Shown here: positions 53,987 through 64,000 of the stretch, piece after piece
How positions within the stretch are numbered: position 1 is the first letter of the stretch
Layout of the letters: the number at the start of each line of letters is the position of its first letter
Assembly: GCA_037379345.1 (NCBI GenBank)
Contig: CM074525.1
Location: forward strand, 18,154,618 to 18,218,617
Reading direction: 5' to 3'
DNA from: Perna viridis
Lineage: Eukaryota
Length of the DNA stretch: 64,000 nt
The notes under the pieces: model-generated
Database searches by the model: none
What the model was told of the DNA's origin: nothing
What the model saw: the letters and a program-made list of their open reading frames with translations, nothing else
Translations under genes and position numbers: made by a program

Positions 53987-55582
53987 ATTTGTTTACAGGT
54001 TTTATTTTATTTTTGTTATTAATTTATATCATACATGATAATCAATAAGTGATTTATGCATATGGCTTTTCACAAAAAAATATTTCTACTGAAAACACTT
54101 TAGAATGCCTATGAGACAATATTTTCATAAATGGCTGAGCATTGTCTTTTCCCATGATTTGACAGCTCGTCCTTTATAGGTATGCAGGTATAGTTGCACC
54201 TAAAACGAGCCAAAGAAAAAAAGAGATTCATGCACAACCACTTTGTCTGTCTATTTTTCTGTCTGTCCTGATTTTTTTCAATTATCTAGGCTCCGAAATG
54301 ATGGATTGGTTTCAATTTAAAATTGGTTGTGTGGCTTTATATAAATGAGGCATTTTTGGTGCTGTCCGATATCAAACTCTGGTGAATAAGTGGTGGTAAA
54401 CATCGCATGACATGTACAACTTCATGTTTTTCACATAAGGAAACCCATCTGTATGTCTAGTAGAAAAAAAATATGAAAACTTTTTGAGCCTTGCTTTTTC
54501 CCCAATGGTTTTAAGCCCCCTTGTATTCAAATCAACTTGTTATTGTGGATATTACTCATAGAAAACTTTAATTTGAGACGTTTCTTCAAATCTTCACTTT
54601 ACAGTAATTATAAGATTGTGTGTGCTTCACTTTTAAAACTTGAATTTTGGAATGCTATTTGACACCCCCACCAGATCCTTTATAGATGATAAAACTTTGT
54701 GAGGTCGGGAAGGATCACTTAGAAGAACAAGGAAACGGCTGTAATTGTATTATTTCACTGATAGCAATTGTATTTCTGCGGAACTGATATTGGGAAAATT
54801 CTTACAATTTATTGGTTCATGGCTGTCTGTTTTGGATGTATTGTTTTTAACGACCACTCCTTGTGTTCTAGATAGGCTCGTTACCATGAAGATACATTTA
54901 TATAGGGGAATCTGTTATTGTAATTTGTCCAAGATTTTCTATTTTAGTGGAAATTTGAATTCATGGATTTGAAAGGAAATTCTACATTTCTACATTTGAT
55001 CCAAGTATAAAACCTCTGAAAGTTTTTGGCTAACTCTCCAGATTTTAAATTTTCCTGTTCACAGACAATTTTTTGTACTCGCTTTTCTACACAAGGAATG
55101 GTTGATATTGGTGTCAAGGATACAACTTTTAGGCTACCTCATTTGCTATTGTTAAAGGAAAGCTCAAACTGAAATAAAAAATAAATTAAAAATCCTTTGT
55201 CAGAAAAAAAAAAACTTTCTTTGTTGCCTTGTAGCTGTATATTTGGTTCTGACATGAAAGCTAACCTGACAGGTTCTTGCTCAAAGTAGAATCTCTCTCA
55301 GATCTCTCTTGCTTTGCCAATTGTTTGATTAAAATAAAAGAGGCGAGATTTGATTGAATTAGTTATCAGAAGCATAGGCTAAAAATGCATTTCTGGTTTT
55401 GTCATTAAAAGATTGTGTATTTAAGAGTACATGCAGTTCTACCTTGTGCAAAATATAATGAGAAAAACACGTTTGAAATTAATTGTAAAAACATGGAAGT
55501 ATAAAATATGGTGACAATGATTACAATGTGTAAGATGACAGTATTCGGCCTTATGAAAAAAGGTCAAGAGGGGAATTCGCGA

Positions 55583-55920
55583 ATAGGGTTTGTAAGTCTC
55601 GTCATGTGACTCCGTGGTTTCATGAGAATGGGTCCTAGTCTATCATTCAAATGCATAGAGATTTGTCAATTTCAGAACGTTGGATTCAGTAAATAAAAGC
55701 CAATTTTCGTGTAAAATACCAATAAAAATGACAAATATCTATTTCCACATGATAATAGTATTAAGAAAAGTGTAAAATAGAAGATTTTGCAATGTAATAC
55801 AGTGTTTCGAGATCCCGGAAGTTAACAATAAAATGCAGACCGGTCTTTGGATTTCAATACGTTTTCCATCAGAAATTCTGGTAAAGAAAATGAAACTAGA
55901 ACAAGACTTACATACCCTAT
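55583..55920. mobile_element. MITE family C, copy 2 (inverted relative to copy 1)
   Basis: ATAGGGTTTGTAAGTCT ... AGACTTACATACCCTAT. Reverse complement of 17850-18194. Confidence 0.88.
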
Positions 55921-56396
55921 TGGAAAGTAATAGATGATGAGACAGATCAATGCAATACCTTTGAGGGAAATGCAGCATTTAGCAATGAACCGATTGGATA
56001 CTATTTTGTTCTGTGCTTGAAGTTGTTTTTTCCAAAGAAATATAAAAAAAATAAAGGGAAAGAACTCTTGAATGGGAAATTTTTAGTTTTTCCACAAACA
56101 CTTTAAATGTCAAAGGGACTTCCTAAAGAAAAACAATAATTATTAGGCATTCAAAGACTTAGTAATTTGGATTAGTGAAGAGATTTTCATTTTAAGTGTT
56201 AATCTGTATGGACTGAAGGTTCAGCTTGGATTACCAGATGAACCTAAAGTTTGGACTCCAAATAATGTTTAGTATCTCTAATGGAAGCCACTTCAGACCT
56301 AGAAAAGCAATAGGGTAGAAATTCAATGGGTTGAATCTGTGTCAGAATCCTTTTAAAAGTGAAACAGTTTTTTGCAGTGTGTCATCTTCAATCATA

Positions 56397-56571
56397 TACA
56401 GTGAAACTTGGTGCAACAGAACTCATTTTGGACTTTAAAACAAGTTTGGTGTTCTGTTTATCAAGGTTTAAAATACATTTTTTAAAATTGGTAAAGAGAC
56501 TTTAAAAAAGTGTCTGGTTTGGGCAGGTTTTACAGATTATTAAGGGTTCAGTTTAGACAGACTTTACTGTA
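56397..56571. mobile_element. TA-flanked Tc1/mariner-type MITE (family F)
   Basis: TACAGTGAAACTTG ... CAGACTTTACTGTA ends. Related fragments at about 41575-41700 and 49500-49595. Confidence 0.65.
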
Positions 56572-56599
56572 TTACATGTATACAGGTAATAACTCTGAA

Positions 56600-56664
56600 T
56601 ATTAATGTTGATTTTATTCTTTTATTTGTACTAAATCAAACCTTTTCTCTCTTTTCAGGTAAGA
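56600..56664 (+). promoter_or_regulatory. Candidate recursive splice site (ratchet point) 2, junction 56658|56659
   Basis: TACTAAA branch-like motif (56629-56635), CCTTTTCTCTCTTTTCAG immediately followed by GTAAGA, and no AG from 56586 to 56656. Confidence 0.68.
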
Positions 56665-57496
56665 ATTATGTAGATATGAAGCATGAGTTGGTGTAATGTC
56701 ACAGTTGACTGGTAATGTAGATATTTGTGGGAAATACCATGGGATGAGATTATATGTTTGTTTTTCTGGCCATGAGCTGCCATCAGAGGATTAGGCCAAA
56801 ACAAATAAATGTGTGTTTTATTGATGGGTCTAATATTAGATAAGGAAGATGTGGCAAAATGTGTTCATCCATTTTGTCCAATATACATTTTAATAATTGT
56901 TAATTGTGAACTTTAAAATTTCCAACCAGGGGCCTTGTCTTTAAAGAAGTAAAATTTTGCAGTGATGAAATAGGATTTCTTTGTTTTATGATTTTCAGAT
57001 CTTACTAAAATTTTACTAGTATTAACTATTGAGTCCTGGCAAAGCCTTTTCCCTGTCATGTAAAACATTCTAGTTTTACTATTTACAATTTTTTCTGAGT
57101 CATTGTAAGCATTGGTGGCCAAAACATAGATTGGGTAGGAAAAATGAAACACAATTGTATTTTCTCTTGGCCTAATAAGGTAAAACACATTGGTTTTATT
57201 AATCTGTATAGTGAACTGTCTGCTATTGACTACTTCCAGCTTACTCAGTGATGTATTCTCAATAGAAAAGCTTCCAGAAATTGTAAAATATTTTGACATT
57301 TCAAATTAAAGCTTTAGGTTTTCAGGATAAGTAGAATTATATTGAAAGGTATAGAATGTTAGAGGATATGCTGATTTATAATTTCGACAGGCCCTGTAAC
57401 ATATCAGTTGTCCATGGCTCAAATATGGCCTTGTTTTAGTATCATTCTCTGTTTTCGACTGTTCTTCTTTGCTGTGTTGTATCAGGAGTATTTCAG

Positions 57497-57670
57497 TCTT
57501 TATACCCCTTTATAGTATAAATTGGAGGGTAGGGCTTGATGGAATCATATCTGTCTGTCTGTCTGTCTATCCATGTACCTTTTTAATACAACTCTTGCTA
57601 AACTATTAAATTGAATTCAATAAAAACTTGAAAATTATATTAAGACTTGCATGAAGGAGATAATTCCACA
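57497..57670. mobile_element. Helentron-associated (HINE/DINE-like) remnant
   Basis: TTTATACCCC.. start, then a (CTGT)n microsatellite, then AACTCTTGCTAAAC..TGAATTCAATAAAAACTT. Similar decayed pieces at about 33445-33560, 35150-35305 and 54190-54410. Confidence 0.5.
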
Positions 57671-57676
57671 CCAGGT

Positions 57677-58548
57677 TCATTTTTTCACCAATAATTAGGT
57701 CATTATTGTCATCATTGAATCTGCATCTCATGACATTATTTTTTTAAACTCAGACTCCATGCTGTAGGGTTCTTTTGTGTAGAAATGTTGTGTATTACTC
57801 ACTGAACTCAAACAATGTTCTAGCTACCAAGGTGTTTTCTATTATTTCTCTTTTTTAATTTGGACTGCTGATTATCCTGTGAGTACAGATTGTGAATTTC
57901 TCCATAGATGGAAAAAAATGTTACAAATCACAAAATTGATGATTTTACAAACAATTTTTATAAAAATGAATTGTCATTTAGAAGCATGAACAGATTGCTT
58001 ATTATCAACTAGAAAGTAGTTATAAGACACATATTTAGAGCCTTTTTAAAAACTTGTTAAGTACTGGCTCAAAAAAAAAAAAGTCCATTTCTTGTTGCAG
58101 TATTGTTCATTAAATTGAGACTGCCATGATGCAGATGAATACAGTGAATTAGTTGTAATTCAATAGATGTAGTAACTGAAGCTGAAGACAATTTTAGACA
58201 AACACAATTTCTACAGATATTATACACTATGTTTATACTTGTCAATGAGCAATTCAAATTTAGCAGATTTATTACATTATGGAATTGCAGGATAATGAAT
58301 AATTGTGGCACTGTTATTGTTTTAAATCTGCATGTACATTTTGAGGTAGTCTATTCAACTTGATTTTGGATAAACAATAATTTCAGTCTGTGGCTTAAGC
58401 TCTATGCTGAATAGTAAATAAAAATTACTGTTTAGGGATATTTTTACATGTATCATTTTTTCACAAATAATTAGGTCATTATTGTCATCATTGAATCTGC
58501 ATCTCATGACATTATTTTTTTAAACTCAGACTCCATGCTGTAGGGTTC
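57677..58548 (+). repeat. Dispersed direct duplication of about 96 bp (57677-57772 and 58453-58548)
   Basis: TCATTTTTTCAC.AATAATTAGGTCATTATTGTCATCATTGAATCTGCATCTCATGACATTATTTTTTTAAACTCAGACTCCATGCTGTAGGGTTC is almost identical in both places. Confidence 0.93.
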
Positions 58549-59958
58549 AATTACCTTTAAGTATCAAATCGGGGGGGTGGGGGGGGGGGGGAGGTCAATT
58601 TAATTTGATGCCTCACAAAATTCTTCATTTGATGATGAAATGACATGCACCAATTATACCTCACTGGCTCTACATGTCATTGCTTAGTCAGTAGCGGTTC
58701 AGATTTCTCTATATCAGGTTTGATAAAATGTACATATATCTCAGGTCAAACCTCTTATTGAGTTTAGACAAAAACAGAAAAATGTTTCTGGTGTTTAAAT
58801 TATATATTGTGAATGGAATACATCAAAGACAATCCATTTTTAGCTAAGCGATATTGAATCAATTGGAAATGATGCTATTGATTTCAGTCAGACATGAAAA
58901 ATTATTATAAAAATATATTTTCCTGTTTGTCTTTCACACCAAGTACTTTTGGCTCACCGATGCATTTAATCTAATCACATCGAAGTTTATAGATGAACCA
59001 ACGCAGAATACTAGATAGACATGCAAATAGAATTTTAACAACACCACAGAGACTTAAATAATTGTTCAATTTCTCATTTTCTGTAATGTACCAAGCTTCT
59101 ACAAGAATGGCAGACATGCAATAAACTGAGAGAGATATTTCAATTTAATCAAATCGTTACAAAATGAAATGTATTAATCTGAATTCATTTCCCGACAAAA
59201 TCGTCAATTTCAGAGTCATAATTTTGATGTCCCTCAGCAATTATTTCAGCATTTCCATACAAATTCAATTCCTATTATTGATGTGTACTGTTTATTAAAG
59301 TTGTCTTATGACTCGACCAATTTCACATTGAACAAAAAGGGGGTAGTTTGGAATATTTAATGTAATTCACTCAATGTTCCAGTTTTACTGCCTTATTATA
59401 ATGGCAAGTAATACATGTTTCCAATCCTTTAGGGATATTACATTCCATTTAGCCAGACTATAAAATGCTAATATCTTATTTTGCCATATATTCTTTCTGA
59501 CCTCACTTTGTGATCTTCCAGTCATTAACATTACACTGCTCTCTACCCCAGTTAAAGGTTTTCCTCAAACTGACTGGTTTAAAGAATAAAGAATTATGTA
59601 ATGTAAATATGAATGATGTTAAAACGCCTGTTACCTACTGAAACTGATACTTTCTTAAGCTAACTTCTAAATTTCCGATATTTCAGTACATTTCCATTCA
59701 AAAGTTGTCACTATAGTTTATAGTTTTATTTGGAAGGGAAATCTCATTCTCTATGAAAACTGAATACAATTTTAACTGCTTATCATGGGGCAGAAACAGA
59801 AAAAGTTATTGAGCATACTGCACACTTAACGAATAAAATTCTTACTTCAATTGGATGAAAAACTTGGAAAGCATCATTCAGTTTGAATTATATATAGATA
59901 GTAAGATACAGGTCGTTCAGTTTTCTCCTATACTTAATAAATTGTTATTGTGATTGGT

Positions 59959-60021
59959 TTGTTTGTTTGTTTGTTGGGGTTTAACGTCCGAGCAGCAATA
60001 TTTCAGCTATATTCAGACAAA
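59959..60021 (-). mobile_element. 5'-truncated SINE 3' end with 14-bp target-site duplication
   Basis: Minus strand reads ATAGCTGAAATATTGCTGCTCGGACGTTAAACCCC(AAAC)n. Flanked by TTATTGTGATTGGT at 59945-59958 and 60022-60035. Confidence 0.85.
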
Positions 60022-63000
60022 TTATTGTGATTGGTGTATAGTCTTTGGAAAAGTGCAGAGTATGTGAGTTAAACAGCGTCCTCATGATAAATCCTTCCAT
60101 AGCAGTGTGAGAGAGTGAGCCAATCTACTAGTTTACAACCTTAGTTTACATGTTTCTCAAGATTTAACAATTAAACCTACTGGTAATAACAGCTCTCATG
60201 TTGTGAAATTAAAGCGAAAATGGAAAACATCGGAGAAGTTTGGTAAATAAGTAATGACTCCCATAACTTGGTGATGGCACTTTAATTTCTGAGGTATAAA
60301 TTATTCATGGTGCTGGCTGATTAATGGTCAGTATTATGGGATTTAATTAGCAGCTTCAGGAACAAAGTGAAGACGAAAGTCGAGAAAATAACAGCATCGA
60401 TTCTGGTGCCATGTCCCGACAGGTTTGTCGTGTATTAACAACTGATGGGAACCAGTGGATGGAAACCAGTGGATGATTGTATTGTTTCATTAATGATGTA
60501 TGAATGATTTTAGACATTCCGTTGCTGTTTTATTGCATTCTCCAACTTGTGTTTGCAGGGGTTTTCCTGGCTTTAAACCATTTTATAATGGAGCCTATGG
60601 AAATATCCAGGATTTTAATGGGGCATTTGAAAAAATAGATGGGCCCCTTGGAAAATTTCAATCGGCCAGAAATCTCTCAATACTGTCATAAGGAACATAT
60701 TAACAGTTTATTTTGGTGCCTTATCGAGGGGCCCAGCCAAATGAATGACCAGTTTAATTCTATCTCAACACATTTTCCTGTAGAATTGAAAGGGCCCATC
60801 CCAAGATAATCCCTGTGTTTGTTGTAAGCATGGAATATTGAAAATTATTTAAACTTTCATGATTTTTTTCTGATTTATCAACGAAAACAAATAAAAGATT
60901 CAGAGATATATAAAAAATGAAGATAAGGAGACTAAGACAGAACACAGAAAGTTGAAGCACTTACAGTATGAAGAACCTATTAAGATTTTCTAATCGTCAT
61001 TCCTTACAAAATTTTCAATTTGGAAAAAAAAGAGTGTCACATTGCCTGTACGTACTCCAGTTATAGTGCTGTGTATCTATTTTGAAATATCTTCTTGATT
61101 TATTTACATGTCACCAGAAGTGAAATGAAGTTCTTCTCTCTGAGTAATGGAATACTTATAAGAAAGTCATCAGTTGAATGATGAATCCTCATAGTGATAA
61201 TTATTTATTTGTTTATGAGAAATTTCGTAGTTTTACAATTAATCTAAATAAAATTGTGAAGTATGTATTGAAAAGAAATATTAATTTGTCAGGTAATACA
61301 AAAAATGTAAATAAAACAAAACTGTTACATATTGATATTCACATTAAAAGTAGTATCAACTTCCAGTGCTTTTGGTACAAACCTCTTCATTCTTATTGCT
61401 GTTTAAACAGGGCTCTTGTGTGTTTGTGTTGAGACAGTTCAATTTATTTCTGGCTTCTGGTCTCTGCTAGTATCAGATATCTGTGCTAGTATCATAACTC
61501 TTTGTGCTAGTACATACCTCTTGTTTCTATTGCTTTTTTAACTGAGCACTGTGCTAGTATCAGAAATTTGTACTAGTAGCACAACTCCTTGTTTAATAGG
61601 GAATTTTTGTGTTGTAGACAATTCAAATTATTTCTGGATTCTGCTCTGTGCTAGTAACAATACTATCTTATTGCTGAGCCTTTGACATGGGTTGGTTGTC
61701 TCTTGAGTATCAATCTTCCATGTCTCCTCTCCACTATATCAAGTTTAATGAGACCTTTTCATGTCAGTCTTCTTTTTTTTTCATCTTGCTCCCCGCGTAG
61801 AATCAATAATTCTTAATTGGGAGAGTGTTTAATAATTAACTCTGTTTCATTATTGTAGAGCAGTAAATATATCTCGCATAACAATCTATTGCATCTTCCT
61901 TTTTGCTGAGAAAGAGTGAGTGTGGGATTTATGGCGGTTTTTTTTCCTGTTTAAGGATGGGTTAGCTTGATTTATAGGTGCTAATGTACAGTTGGATTAA
62001 AAGCCATGGGAAGCTGAAAAAACAAAATAAAAACAAGAAAATACTCCCAATACCATAAAAATATAATAGTAAAAGGGGTGTTCAGGACTAATTTTCAGAA
62101 TTTAGTCTTTTGCCAGGGGTCTATTTTTCTTATATTGACAACTCAGGGACCAGTCTCTGAAGGAAATGTACAGGAGATGACACAGTAAAAAATGATATCT
62201 TAGATTGAAAGTGTAATTCTTAACTTATAATTTACAGCGATTGTCCATAAGTAGCCGAAACAGGAAATATCATTGAAAAAGAAACAGTGGAAACTCATAA
62301 ACAGAACAATGGTCTACTCTTGTAGTTTTTTTAGATCCTACATGAAGTAGTTTTTTGTGTCGCATCAATTTCATTCTATTTTAGTCCAATTTTGTAAGTC
62401 AATTATATTATTTTTTTTGTTAAAAGCTGTATTTCAACATTACTTGAAAGTAATGGTAAAGTTTTCTGGATCATTGTATCAAATAATTTAAATATTTAGC
62501 AGTACTGGTCTTTGGTTTTACTTGCTCTTATAATAAATCCTCTTTCATGTATTTAACTCCATGTTGAACACAAAACAGTTTTTGCTAAATTATTCTTTTT
62601 AGTTACTATTGAACAAAAATAAATGAGTTATAAAAATTATATATTTATAGCAATGTGATTTAAACTTTAACAAAGTGGCCTACACAAATGAAACTTCCAT
62701 GGGAATATCCATTTTTTGTACTTTGTGCAACTGAATGGAACAGTTAACGTCTTCATAACAAGTTTCATCAGAATCTTACACATACTATCAAGGTTGTTAT
62801 TAGCTAACAGGTTGTGACGGGCTTTGCTTTATCAGCAAAAAATCTATGTTTGAAATGAGATTGAGTGGGCTTTATACATACAGGTCCTAAGTCAGAAATG
62901 TCTTTTAGGGTGGGCTTTTTTGGACAACATTTTCTTATATATTCAATTTAAACCTTGCTTTAACAGTTTAAAACACACTGTTGCTTTCTTAAAACTGTAC

Positions 63001-64000
63001 AGGAATTTATCCCAAGTACGGCTCAGCTGGTACCAATAATTTTTGTTGGTATGGCATGATGTACCAAATCTTTTTCTGAGAATGAAAAATACAGGGTATT
63101 TTACACATTATGAACAATTAAAACATTGTGAAGTCTTTTCCGCTGTACCATCTTATATTTGGATGCTAGGCCACTGTATAAACAAAGTTTGCAATGTACA
63201 CAGTATTCTAGGATTTGTCAGAAATTGAGGTTTCCTCTGGAAAAATCCATATAATGTCAACTTTCCCACAGTCAATGACTGCTTTCCTAACAAAACAAAT
63301 CATTACAGCATATGAAGTTTTCAACTAGCCACAGGAAAGTGTAACTAAGTACCTAACTTTCCCTGACCCAAATTTCACTTGCCCCGGGTAATGGGAAATG
63401 GGAATCCTAGAACACTGGTACAATGTATTGCTGGTTGATTCGTTAAAGCTGTACCTTTCTGGTTGTATTATGTAATCAGACTTTTAATATCTTTATCAAG
63501 TTATTCAGATTTGCTGGTATATGAAAAAAGTAGATTTTTCTTTTCAAATAATTTCAAAATTGTTTTAGTCTTGGGTGACATTTGAGATTAAAAAATTAAA
63601 AGTAGGGATTAGTCACATACCTATAACTGCTATCAGAATTATAGAATGTTTTGACAGATTGATGGGCCAATGATTGACACATGTATGTTACATAATATGA
63701 GGTCATAATGAGCATAACAAAAGCATAATTGTCTAAATATGGTAAGTAAAAAACTCAAAATTTTTTGAATGTTGAAATATTAGAAATAATCTGTTGTACT
63801 GTGGTTAGCCAATCAGTCAGTGCAAATCATTCTTCATCATTGTAATATAAGACAACATTGTCATAAAAAAATTATACTATTAACTGCCAATTAAAGATCA
63901 TGTTATCCTGATCAAATTCTTGATGTATTAATCTTGTTGATATTTTTAAATATTTTTGATGAATAACTTAGATATTGTAGCTTGTTGGATTAATCAGCTG

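Larger units (their letters stand above)
7589..64000 (+). other. Giant first intron (>56 kb, runs off the window) of the cpo/RBPMS-like gene
   Basis: GT donor at 7589. No exon encoding [22 protein letters not shown] was found downstream by eye or in the ORF track. The region is repeats and non-coding AT-rich DNA. Confidence 0.7.

Noticed and set aside
53573-54048. Three overlapping repeat-protein ORFs
   Set aside because: Consequence of a 36-bp (multiple of three) tandem unit; no splice or homology support.
1-64000. tRNA, rRNA, hammerhead ribozyme or transposase/RT coding sequence
   Set aside because: None recognised by eye. The remaining short ORFs are AT-rich with no family motifs.

Overview
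AT-rich, repeat-laden eukaryotic genomic DNA. The repeat types and the frequent TACATGTA motif suggest a bivalve mollusc, probably an oyster (inference). There is one assembly gap (1352-1487). The only protein-coding sequence I can support is a 120-nt first coding exon (+, 7469-7588) ending ...LSQSMDSVNTTPEEE|GTATGT. This matches the N-terminal signature preceding the RRM of Couch potato/RBPMS/MEC-8 RNA-binding proteins. I did not find the RRM exon ([10 protein letters not shown]...), so everything from 7589 to the window end (>56 kb) appears to be one giant intron filled with MITEs, SINE and Helentron remnants and tandem repeats. The most notable signal is two strong polypyrimidine-YAG|GTAAG junctions at 34614/34615 and 56658/56659. 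Each has a long AG-free zone, a branch-like motif and a downstream cryptic donor, which is the architecture of recursive splice sites (ratchet points with RS-exons). They would divide the intron into steps of about 27 kb and 22 kb. Other signals are a drop in CpG density near 15.6 kb (gene-body methylation footprint), a 143-bp foldback inverted repeat and two weak alternative exon candidates. The other ORFs in the track look spurious.
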